NCBI GenBank assembly: GCA_944362705.1
Contig: CALVTO010000001.1
Coordinates: forward strand, 359,366-423,365
Source: an uncultured Clostridia bacterium
GTDB lineage: Bacteria; Bacillota; Clostridia; Christensenellales; UBA1242
Direction: 5' to 3'
Length of the DNA: 64,000 nucleotides
Part shown: positions 9,592 to 17,788 of the stretch, in pieces
Position numbering within the stretch: the first letter of the stretch is position 1
Layout of the letters: the number at the start of each line of letters is the position of its first letter
Position numbers and translations under genes: made by a program
Notes under the pieces: model-generated
What the model was told of the DNA's origin: nothing
Databases searched by the model: none
The model's input: only the letters and a program-made list of their open reading frames with translations

Positions 9592-10878
9592 ATGATAGCT
9601 ATTGAACTTATACGAAACAATCCAGAACTAGTCAAAGAAAATATAAAAAAGAAATTTCAGCACGAAAAACTTCCACTTGTAGATGAAGTTTTAACATTAG
9701 ATGCCGAACTAAGAAAATATAAACAACAAGGCAACGAACTTAGAAGCAAACGTAACACATTAAGTGCACAAATTGGGCAATACATGCGCAATAAAGAAAT
9801 TGAAAGAGCCAACGAAGTTAAAGCCGAAGTTGTTAAAAATAACGAAAAAATTGCAGAAATCGAAGTCAAAGAAGCTGAACTTGGTGAAAAAGTAAAACAA
9901 ATTATGATGCAAATACCAAACATCATAGCACCCGATGTTCCTATTGGTAAAAACGATACAGAAAATGTAGAAGTAAAACGCTACTTAGAACCAAAAATTC
10001 CAGACTTTGAAATTCCGTACCATGTCGATATTTTAGAAAAACTAAACGGCATTGATATCGATAGCGCACGCCGTACAAGTGGCCAAGGTTTTTATTATTT
10101 GCTTGGCGATATTGCTCGTTTACATTCTGCTGTGCTTACATACGCGCGCGATTTTATGATAGATAAAGGTTTCACATACGTTATTCCTCCATACATGATT
10201 CGAAGCGAAGTTGTAACTGGCGTTATGAGCTTTGCCGAAATGGACGGCATGATGTACAAAATTGAAGGGGAAGATTTATACCTAATCGGCACAAGTGAAC
10301 ATTCTATGATTGGTCGCTTTATGAATACCATTATTCCAGAAGCACAATTACCACTTACGTTAACAAGTTACTCACCATGTTTCCGTAAAGAAAAAGGTGC
10401 GCATGGCTTAGAAGAACGTGGTATTTACCGTATTCACCAATTTGAAAAACAAGAAATGATTGTTGTTTGTAAGCCAGAAGATAGTTCAACTTGGTTTGAA
10501 AAATTATACAACTACACGGTAGAACTATTTACAAGTATGGAAATACCTGTCCGCACATTAGAGTGCTGTTCGGGCGATTTAGCCGATTTAAAATATAAAA
10601 GCATTGATGTTGAAGCATGGAGTCCACGTCAAAAGAAATATTTTGAAGTTGGTAGTTGCTCTAACCTAACCGATGCACAAGCACGTCGCTTGGGCATTCG
10701 TTATAAAACCGAAAAAGGTAACGAGTTTGCACACACATTAAATAATACCGTAGTAGCACCACCACGCATGCTTATTGCATTTATTGAAAACCACTTACAA
10801 GCCGATGGCTCTGTACGTATTCCAAAAGTATTGCAACCTTACATGGGCGGTAAAACAGAAATTTCTGTTAAAAAATAA
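9592..10878 (+). CDS. serS: Seryl-tRNA synthetase
   Basis: 428 aa with an N-terminal coiled-coil arm and class II core motifs (FRKEKGAHG, YRIHQFEKQE, GSCSN). Confidence 0.95.
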   Translation: MIAIELIRNNPELVKENIKKKFQHEKLPLVDEVLTLDAELRKYKQQGNELRSKRNTLSAQIGQYMRNKEIERANEVKAEVVKNNEKIAEIEVKEAELGEKVKQIMMQIPNIIAPDVPIGKNDTENVEVKRYLEPKIPDFEIPYHVDILEKLNGIDIDSARRTSGQGFYYLLGDIARLHSAVLTYARDFMIDKGFTYVIPPYMIRSEVVTGVMSFAEMDGMMYKIEGEDLYLIGTSEHSMIGRFMNTIIPEAQLPLTLTSYSPCFRKEKGAHGLEERGIYRIHQFEKQEMIVVCKPEDSSTWFEKLYNYTVELFTSMEIPVRTLECCSGDLADLKYKSIDVEAWSPRQKKYFEVGSCSNLTDAQARRLGIRYKTEKGNEFAHTLNNTVVAPPRMLIAFIENHLQADGSVRIPKVLQPYMGGKTEISVKK

Positions 10879-11247
10879 AAACATGTATATTTTAACGTAA
10901 ACAAAATATACTAACCATAAACTATATACATAACGCATGGTAATACATTTAGGTAAACTGTATGGTTTACATAAAACATGGTAAACGTTATTATATAGTT
11001 TTTTTGTGCGCTTTTTTATGTGTACATATATTGAATAAACTGTTATGTTTTATTTTGTTGTGCAAGCATAAGCTATACAATACAATGTTTTAAAATGTAT
11101 GAAAAATATGCATATTACGCTTTACATATCATATACTAATATTAGACGATATCTTAAAACAAGTTTTGTTGAAATCTTCAAAAAACAAGGGTTAAGAAAT
11201 CGTCTTTTTTTATAGTAAAATTTTTATAATAACAGTAACACTGTATA

Positions 11248-11408
11248 AACTTACGCGGTGCAAGTTTTTGGTTTTACATTACAAACAACGCCTGCAACGC
11301 TCTGAGACAAATTTTTTTAATTTAATGTATCCGCACAAAGTCAAGCTATATACAACCTTATAGCCGTCTTATAACACGCTATTGCATTAGAATGTTTTTA
11401 TACACAAT
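11248..11408 (+). repeat. Noncoding module copy 1 (core CAACGC-N3-CAACGC-N-CTGAGACA)
   Basis: AACTTACG anchor at 11248, core at 11286-11309, TATCCG at 11328, GTTTTTATACA at 11394. Paralogous to 11745-11868. Confidence 0.6.
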
Positions 11409-11425
11409 CATCTATCAATTTTTAT

Positions 11426-11458
11426 ATAAAAAATGGGGAAGAGTATACCCCATTTTTT
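11426..11458. terminator. Bidirectional terminator-like hairpin
   Basis: A-run, ATGGGG / CCCCAT stem with a 9-nt loop, then T6. Confidence 0.6.
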
Positions 11459-11744
11459 ATTATCCATATTTTTTAGTTATACCATGTAGTACGTTGTTCG
11501 GCATCTTAATATAAACACACATACTACCAAACAATATACAAATGTTTTTATATGCAAGCATTACTTAAAACATTTTACCTTGCAAAAACAATGTGAATAG
11601 TTGCGATTTTACAATTCATTTTTCATTATGTATCTGTATCACACAACTTTATTTTAATCAACGTTTACTAACACGCACAGCAAACGCCTTTAAGCACAGT
11701 TCATGTACATTTATAAAAACAAACACATTATAAAAACTCGAATC

Positions 11745-11868
11745 AACTTACGTCACACAAGTATTTTCAAATTCAAAATATAACCAACGCGTACAACGCG
11801 CTGAGACAGAATTTTATAAAAAGCACGAACATTTATCCGTTAAAAATTTGTGCGTTTTTATACAATAC
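11745..11868 (+). repeat. Noncoding module copy 2
   Basis: Same anchors in the same order: AACTTACG at 11745, core at 11785-11808, TATCCG at 11834, GTTTTTATACA at 11854. About 46 nt shorter than copy 1. Confidence 0.6.
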
Positions 11869-11882
11869 AATAAAAAAACGCA
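11851..11882. other. Hairpin TGCGTTTTT / AAAAACGCA (9 bp, 14-nt loop)
   Basis: Read directly from the sequence. It ends module copy 2. Confidence 0.5.
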
Positions 11883-12157
11883 TCATGGCACAAATCAAAA
11901 GATTTTTAAATTTTTGTTATAGAATAGAAATAAACTTAAAAAATGAAAAAACAATACGGTAAAATAAACGCATTTTATCACACATACCACAACAAACATG
12001 TATTATGTCAAATCATACACAGTAGTATGTGGCGTAAAAAAAAGCGCCAAAACAACCAAATACCGTTAGTTGTAACGCATAATTGTTAAAAACTCGCGCC
12101 AACAGTTAAAAACACAAACTTTTCGCAAAATTATTTATTTTGTATATAAAAAGGCTT

Positions 12158-12193
12158 TATTTATTCGCAAAAGCTGTCTTTTGCGAATAAATA
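12158..12193. other. Strong hairpin (13 perfect + 3 flanking bp, 4-nt loop)
   Basis: TTATTCGCAAAAG-CTGT-CTTTTGCGAATAA. No adjacent U-tract on either strand. Confidence 0.6.
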
Positions 12194-12584
12194 TTTACAT
12201 GTTTGTTAATATTTTGTTAATAACATGCGCAAACAAAACCCTATTTAAAACCCCAAAAGTTTTCCACAAAGTTATTAACAAACCCCCTTCTTTGTTACTT
12301 TTTTTGCCCTAATATATCGGCATGCGCCGTTTTATTAACAAAAACATACGAATGTATTGCTAACCTAATGCTTGCTCACATGATTTTTTTTACTATATTA
12401 TGCAGTACATGTTTTGTTTGCATACTCTACTTACGTAACCACTTCCCTTTACGCTGTAAAATTTTGGCATAAAAAAAGACTATAAACTAAAACAAGTTTT
12501 CACATAAACAAATAGTTTATACGTTCTCATTTCATTTTATAGTCTACTTATAGTATATGTTACTACTTAAACTTTATGCACAAT

Positions 12585-13250
12585 TTATAAAAACATTTCT
12601 AAAACAAACGCCATGCTTTTTAATTGCATCTTCGCTTTTTTATATTCAGGCATCATTAGCTCTACTGCTTTCCAGAATCTTGCCGAATGGTTTTGTTCTA
12701 TTAAGTGTGCAAGCTCATGAATCATTACATAATCTATACAAAATTCATTTAACAATATAAGTCGCCAATTCAACCTTATATTTCCCGTTGTGGTACAAGA
12801 ACCCCACTTACCTGTTGCATTGGTTAAACTTATGCTTGTTGGTTTCATTTTAAATCGTTTATAAAAATATTGCATACGCTCTGCAAAGTGTTTTTTCGCA
12901 AGCGCTTTATACCAATTTTTAAGTTTTGCATACAATTTCTTAGCAGGCACATCTGGCACAACAATGACACCATCATCGCCAAAAGTTATTTTTCGTATAT
13001 TCCCTTGCTCCACAGTAAACGCCTGACCAAGGTATAAAAGTTTTTTATAGTTTAATACATCTTCATACCCGTGCATATTTGCCTGTATTTCACTCAGTTT
13101 ACGTTCTACCCAATCAGTATGCGCGTCATAAAATTTTTCAATACTTTCTAAACTGGCTTTAAGCGGTGCCTTTATTTTTACTTCACCCCTGCGCGAAATC
13201 GTAATAGCCAACGTTTTTCGCTTGCTTCGTTCAATTAAAATATCTTTCAC
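12585..13250 (-). CDS. YgjP-like metal-dependent hydrolase (DUF45 / M48-like HExxH)
   Basis: WGSC..G.IRLNWRLI....IDYVMIHELAHLIEQNHSARFW is the characteristic DUF45 core. Confidence 0.75.
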   Translation of the reverse strand: MKDILIERSKRKTLAITISRRGEVKIKAPLKASLESIEKFYDAHTDWVERKLSEIQANMHGYEDVLNYKKLLYLGQAFTVEQGNIRKITFGDDGVIVVPDVPAKKLYAKLKNWYKALAKKHFAERMQYFYKRFKMKPTSISLTNATGKWGSCTTTGNIRLNWRLILLNEFCIDYVMIHELAHLIEQNHSARFWKAVELMMPEYKKAKMQLKSMAFVLEMFL

Positions 13251-13367
13251 AGTCTTGTCCTCTACCCGCTAGTATATCACACTTTTTATACAGAATAAAA
13301 CGCTTTTATGTTAAGCTCCACACGAAAATTTGATAAATTTGTAAAATCTAATACTTGTATATTTTAA

Positions 13368-13397
13368 TTGACTTGTCACACATAGTACTGGTATACT
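13368..13397 (+). promoter_or_regulatory. Promoter candidate for the tandem-PadR gene
   Basis: TTGACT, an 18-nt spacer ending in TGg (extended -10), then TATACT. Confidence 0.5.
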
Positions 13398-13427
13398 TAT
13401 ATAAATATAATTTTAGGGGTGAACTAT

Positions 13428-15941
13428 ATGTCTGGAATTGATAGCGAACTAATCCGTGGACATATCGATACCATCATTTTAAAAACGTTAGATGGTAGCA
13501 GTAAATACGGCTACGAAATTTGTCACGATGTAGAAACCGTTAGCAACGGTGAATACGAATTAAAACAGCCAACACTATATAGTTGTTTAAAGCGCTTAGA
13601 AGATAAAGGGCTTATTTCTTCTTATTGGGAAGATAGCGATATTGGTGGCCGTAGGCATTATTATAAACTTACACAAGAAGGTAAAAAAGTATACAACGAA
13701 AACACAAAAAACTGGATACTTTCTCGTGATATTATCGATAGTTTAATTTTAGATAACACCACCCCATCCTATTCAGCCGAAGAACTTGTAGAAATAGATG
13801 CCGACCTTATTCGTGGTAATATCGATACCATTATTTTAAAAACCTTAGAAACAGGTGCAAAATATGGCTATGAAATTTGTCGAGATGTAGAAGAAAAAAG
13901 CAACAAAACCTACGAGTTAAAACAACCAACACTATATAGTTGCTTAAAGCGCTTAGAAGATAAAGAACTTATTTCTTCCTACTGGGAAGATAGCGATATT
14001 GGTGGCCGTAGGCACTACTATAAACTTACGCAAAAAGGCGTGGAAGCTTTGCAAGAAAATAAACTTGCATGGGAAGAATCTAAAGAGCTTATTAACCGCC
14101 TAATTTTTAACAGTGCTACATATACGCAACACGTTTCCCCGACTACTTCTACCACCACGCAAACTATGGCTAATGAACATGTAAACTTCATTGACTCCGC
14201 AATAACCGAAGTAAATGAACAGCAACCTGAAACCGTAACCGAAGAAACTACACAACAGGTGCTTGAAGAAGAAACAAATAACGGTTCTTTTGAAAACACT
14301 GAAACTGATAACGAAGTGGTTGAAGAACCGGTTGAAGAAGAATCTACTTACCCAACCATTTCACAAATAGAAGACGCTTCCACTGTAGACGATGCGTGGT
14401 TTGCCGATGAAACAACAGAAACAACAAATATCGATGCTGAAGAAGAAACTGTTGAAGCCGACGAAACATCGTCAACCGAACCATCTCAAATCAACGAATC
14501 GCAAGAAAACGAAGAAACTAGTGCTACCGAAGAAACAGAAGAAACCACTACCCCTTCTTTCTTTGCACAAAGCGAAGACGATACCGATTGTCAAGTTGAC
14601 ATACCGCAAACGTCATCTATTATTCGTGAAAAAACTCTAGAAAACACCTCAAACGCAACAGAAGAAGAAACAAACAATATTGGTATGGAAGAAGATGAAG
14701 AAACTGAAAACAACGAAACAAGTTTCGATGACTTTTTAGCGCAAAACGAATCTAACTACGCTCTGCAAGTTTCACAACAAAAACCAGCAACGCAACAAGA
14801 AGAAACCACGCAAGACGATTTGTTCGATACACTACACTTCTCTTCTATTACCGATGAAATAGAACCATTACAACCACAACAAACCCAATCTATGGCTTCT
14901 CAAAGTAACGAACCAACCATAATTTTGCCAGATATTATTGAAGAAACCTCCGATACAGATTTTGATATTCATCAATATATTTCGCAAAATAAAAGCTATG
15001 TAAACGCAACCACCGAAGAGCAAAATATCACGTTTTCTCCAAAACCAACGGTTTCTGCTACAGAGCCCGATGAGAACACAACCTATACTTTCTACAAACA
15101 AGAAGAACAACAAGAAAACGCTATCAAAGAACCTGTTGCCTCTGTAGATGAAGACGATACCGAAGACTATGAAGACGACCACAAATACGATGATGAAATC
15201 TTTTTAGATTATAAACCTAATAAAGAAAAAGAAACGCAAGAACAACCGAACAGCACAGAAGAAAGCGTAACAGAAGAAAAACCGTTATACACAGCAACCT
15301 ATACAGAAAAAGAATACCGCGATGCGCTTGATAAACTTTCTGCATATACAAAGAATAACGAACTTAACGATTCACATGAAGATTTACAAACCACTGAAAA
15401 AACAAGTTTAGAAGCATTGCAGAAAAAACTAGAACAAAAAGGCATTACTCTTTCTATTTATCAACGTGGTGTTAGCGTTCCAGAGTCAACAAAAAATTAT
15501 GTAGCAACCAATAAAATTAAAATGGTACGTTCGCTTATTACATTGTGCTTTATGTCGTTTCTGCTTGCACTTACCTACATATCTTTAAACAATTATGGTT
15601 ACGTTAATCAAGACCTTTACGCAACCAACACCTACTTTATTGTTGCTTTTGCGCTTATTTGCATACCACCTATTTTTGCTAGCATACGCTACGCTATTCA
15701 TCCAACAAAAAAACATATAGCTCGGTTTGCACCAAGAATTTCGCTATTATTTGCCCTTCTATTTACCGTGCAAATTTTAGTTATTATTTATTCTGTAAAC
15801 CTGCAGTTAGGTTTTACATCGTTTACACAAACCAATTATAACCATTTAAATTGGATTGTTCCTTGCGTGTTAACGCTATACTTATTTGTTGATTGCATCG
15901 TGTACATTATTTTATATAACTCTAAAAAGTTTCATAAATAG
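13428..15941 (+). CDS. Membrane-anchored protein with two tandem PadR-type wHTH domains and a long acidic low-complexity linker
   Basis: Two PadR-like units (LIRG.IDTIILKTL..YGYEI...ELKQPTLYSCLKRLEDK.LISSYWEDSDIGGRRHYYKLT). Then about 470 aa rich in E/T/Q/D/N, and about four hydrophobic helices at the C-terminus. ATG at 13428 follows AGGGGTG. Confidence 0.7.
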   Translation: MSGIDSELIRGHIDTIILKTLDGSSKYGYEICHDVETVSNGEYELKQPTLYSCLKRLEDKGLISSYWEDSDIGGRRHYYKLTQEGKKVYNENTKNWILSRDIIDSLILDNTTPSYSAEELVEIDADLIRGNIDTIILKTLETGAKYGYEICRDVEEKSNKTYELKQPTLYSCLKRLEDKELISSYWEDSDIGGRRHYYKLTQKGVEALQENKLAWEESKELINRLIFNSATYTQHVSPTTSTTTQTMANEHVNFIDSAITEVNEQQPETVTEETTQQVLEEETNNGSFENTETDNEVVEEPVEEESTYPTISQIEDASTVDDAWFADETTETTNIDAEEETVEADETSSTEPSQINESQENEETSATEETEETTTPSFFAQSEDDTDCQVDIPQTSSIIREKTLENTSNATEEETNNIGMEEDEETENNETSFDDFLAQNESNYALQVSQQKPATQQEETTQDDLFDTLHFSSITDEIEPLQPQQTQSMASQSNEPTIILPDIIEETSDTDFDIHQYISQNKSYVNATTEEQNITFSPKPTVSATEPDENTTYTFYKQEEQQENAIKEPVASVDEDDTEDYEDDHKYDDEIFLDYKPNKEKETQEQPNSTEESVTEEKPLYTATYTEKEYRDALDKLSAYTKNNELNDSHEDLQTTEKTSLEALQKKLEQKGITLSIYQRGVSVPESTKNYVATNKIKMVRSLITLCFMSFLLALTYISLNNYGYVNQDLYATNTYFIVAFALICIPPIFASIRYAIHPTKKHIARFAPRISLLFALLFTVQILVIIYSVNLQLGFTSFTQTNYNHLNWIVPCVLTLYLFVDCIVYIILYNSKKFHK
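13449..14033 (+). repeat. Internal direct duplication (two 228-nt units, 357-nt period) encoding the two PadR domains
   Basis: Units at 13449-13676 and 13806-14033. In the 3' halves roughly 9 of 10 nucleotides are identical by eye. Confidence 0.85.
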
Positions 15942-16053
15942 TAAACGTTTCATATTGTAAAAAGAGAAAAAAGCTACAGCATTTTACAAAAAGTTTTATG
16001 CAAAAAACAAAGATTATTGAAATTTTGAGAAAAATTTAATTAAGGAGAGAATT

Positions 16054-16422
16054 ATGAAATTTTTTAGATGTAAACATTGTGGCAATATTATTGCATACGT
16101 AAAAAATAGCGGGGTTAAAGTTGTATGTTGTGGTGAACCAATGGAAGAAATAACTGCAAATTCAACAGACGCTGCACAAGAGAAACACGTTCCTATGGTT
16201 AAAGTTGAAAGAAACCTTGTTACAGTTACTGTTTCAAGTGTCGAACACCCAATGACAAATGAACATTATATTGAATGGGTTGCTTTAGAAACAAAACTTG
16301 GTAACCAAAGAAAAAATCTACAACCTAATACAAAACCAGAAGTACAATTTTCAATGTTAAATGGAGATGAAATTAAAACTGTGTATGCGTATTGCAATTT
16401 GCATGGTCTTTGGAAAAGTTGA
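16054..16422 (+). CDS. dfx: Desulfoferrodoxin-type superoxide reductase
   Basis: 122 aa with an N-terminal CxxC..CC desulforedoxin-like centre (CKHCGN..VCCGEPM) and EKHVP..HPM..EHYIEW..C..HGLW. Confidence 0.85.
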   Translation: MKFFRCKHCGNIIAYVKNSGVKVVCCGEPMEEITANSTDAAQEKHVPMVKVERNLVTVTVSSVEHPMTNEHYIEWVALETKLGNQRKNLQPNTKPEVQFSMLNGDEIKTVYAYCNLHGLWKS

Positions 16423-16671
16423 TTTTAAGGAAATACACATCCATCCTAAACAAAAATATATTGAGTTATGAAGTATAACTTTTTAAACATGGTATTTCAC
16501 CGACCTTACAGAAAAATGGCTGGTGCTACAACATTATAAATTGTGTTGACGAATGAAACAAAAAAGCGTAAAACGCAATTTATTTGTTAAGTAAAATAAC
16601 GTAAACAAACTACAAAACACTAAAATGAATATATAAAAAACTTTTTAAGTTTAAAGCATTTTAAAATGAGT

Positions 16672-16716
16672 TCAAAAAAAAAGGAACTTAGTAAAAGTAT
16701 TAAGTTCTTTTTTTTA
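16672..16716. terminator. Bidirectional terminator between dfx and rnhA
   Basis: A-run, GAACTTA / TAAGTTC stem, then T8. Confidence 0.65.
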
Positions 16717-16766
16717 TTATTTTAACAAATAATAAGTCACCGACGTTTGTTCTTTAATTAACTATA

Positions 16767-17219
16767 TTACACGCTCACTTTAGCTTTTGCAATTGCCGAA
16801 GTTGCTAACTTATCACACCTGTTATTGTATTCGTTGTCAGCGTGTCCTTTTACTTTTACCCAAGTTATTTTATGAATTTGTGTAAAATACAAAACACGTT
16901 GCCATAAATCGACATTTTTCACTGCTTGTTTTGAAGCGTTTTTCCAATCATTCATTTCCCAAGCAACCACCCAGTTTTGTAAAAAAGCATTTACCACATA
17001 AGCGGAATCGCTATACAGTGTAACATCACACGGCATTTTTAATTGTTCTAGCGCTTTAATTACTGCCATAAGCTCCATACGGTTGTTGGTTGTATCTTTT
17101 TCAAAACCACTACCCTCTTTTTTATGTGCACCATATAACAAAACAAAACCCCAACCTCCTATACCAGGGTTTCCAGAGCATGCTCCATCTGTATAAACAT
17201 CTACATGTATATTTTTCAT
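16767..17219 (-). CDS. rnhA: Ribonuclease HI
   Basis: YTDGACSGNPG.GGWG, NNRMEL, YSDS and VKGHADNEYNNRCDKLA motifs. Met-8 (17219) aligns best with the E. coli RNase HI N-terminus. Confidence 0.85.
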   Translation of the reverse strand: MKNIHVDVYTDGACSGNPGIGGWGFVLLYGAHKKEGSGFEKDTTNNRMELMAVIKALEQLKMPCDVTLYSDSAYVVNAFLQNWVVAWEMNDWKNASKQAVKNVDLWQRVLYFTQIHKITWVKVKGHADNEYNNRCDKLATSAIAKAKVSV

Positions 17220-17318
17220 GGTTTTATTATAAAATATCATATGTTTTTACGCAAATGTTTTCCTTTGAAATCATTGACTTTTTTTGTCAGGTATGATACC
17301 ATAATTTTGCTCACATTT

Positions 17319-17392
17319 AGGGGTGTAGTTCATCGGTAGAATAAGAGTCTCCAAAACTCCTGAGGAGGGTTCGATTCCTTCCACCCCTGCCA
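17319..17392 (+). tRNA. tRNA-Trp (anticodon CCA)
   Basis: Hand-folded cloverleaf: acceptor AGGGGTG/CACCCCT, anticodon loop CTCCAAA, T-loop TTCGATT, and an encoded CCA. Confidence 0.85.
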
Positions 17393-17504
17393 TAAAAACA
17401 ACTAACCGCTTACATAGCGGTTTTTATTATACTTTCCGTTTGGAATCTCACCCTACGGGTTCGCCCCTGTCGGGGCCAGACCGCAAACACGCGAAACCGC
17501 GCGT
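17377..17504 (+). repeat. Direct repeat copy 1 (starts with the last 16 nt of tRNA-Trp)
   Basis: CCTTCCACCCCTGCCATAAAAACAA..., then a terminator and a GC-rich element. Near-identical to 17562-17689. Confidence 0.9.
17404..17425 (+). terminator. Terminator after tRNA-Trp
   Basis: AACCGCT / AGCGGTT stem followed by T5. Confidence 0.7.
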
Positions 17505-17561
17505 ATTGCTCCCGGCTCACGCTAAAAACTTGCCACAGGCAACTTTTCTTAACGCGTCGCC

Positions 17562-17689
17562 CCTTCCACCCCTGCCATAAAAACAATCAACCGCTTACAC
17601 AGCGGTTTTTTTTATGCTTTTTGTTTGAAATCTCACCCTACGGGTTCGCCCCTGTCGGGGCCAGACCGCAAACACGCGAAACCGCGCGT
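17562..17689 (+). repeat. Direct repeat copy 2 (orphan tRNA-Trp 3' end + terminator + GC-rich element)
   Basis: Offset is 185 nt from copy 1. There is no 5' tRNA half upstream, since no AGGGGTG acceptor strand is present. Confidence 0.9.
17589..17613 (+). terminator. Duplicated terminator hairpin
   Basis: AACCGCT / AGCGGTT stem followed by T8. Confidence 0.6.
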
Positions 17690-17732
17690 TCTGTCTTAAC
17701 CACAAAAATAAAATTCTTTACTATAAATTTTC

Positions 17733-17770
17733 AAACATTTGTTTACATTTTTACAATTATTTGGTACAAT
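17733..17770 (+). promoter_or_regulatory. lexA promoter with overlapping SOS-box-like palindrome
   Basis: AAAC-ATTT-GTTT (17733-17744) overlaps the -35 TTTACA. A 17-nt spacer precedes the -10 TACAAT (17765-17770). Confidence 0.55.
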
Positions 17771-17788
17771 AGCATTAAGGAGTGCATT

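Noticed and set aside
10952-10986. A possible dif-like site: GGTAAAC-TGTATG-GTTTAC-N10-GGTAAAC. The minus strand contains TTATGTAAAC, matching 10 of 11 nt of the B. subtilis dif XerD arm.
   Set aside because: The arm orientation and spacing are wrong. No ..ATAA arm lies 6 bp upstream of TTATG, because the inverted repeat is outside-in. It is more likely weak alternative 6-bp hairpins after serS, and it needs a model-based dif scan.
11221-11900. Type I toxin-antitoxin hypothesis for the duplicated modules (small hydrophobic ORF plus antisense RNA).
   Set aside because: Hand translation of both strands found only peptides of 7-40 aa, without RBS. Some run through terminator hairpins, and none is conserved between the two copies.
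11459-12269. DnaA-box-like 9-mers in the ORF-free block (TTATCCATA at about 11462, TTTTCCACA at about 12261), hinting at an origin.
   Set aside because: There are only two one-mismatch boxes in 1.7 kb, which is close to chance expectation. Flanking gene polarity is convergent (terminus-like) rather than divergent, and there is no dnaA/dnaN nearby.
17621-17788. N-terminal extension of the lexA ORF (MFEISPYGFAPVGARPQTRETARS..).
   Set aside because: It reads through the GC-rich repeat and the lexA promoter. A canonical AAGGAG-ATG start at 17789 gives a normal 200-aa LexA.
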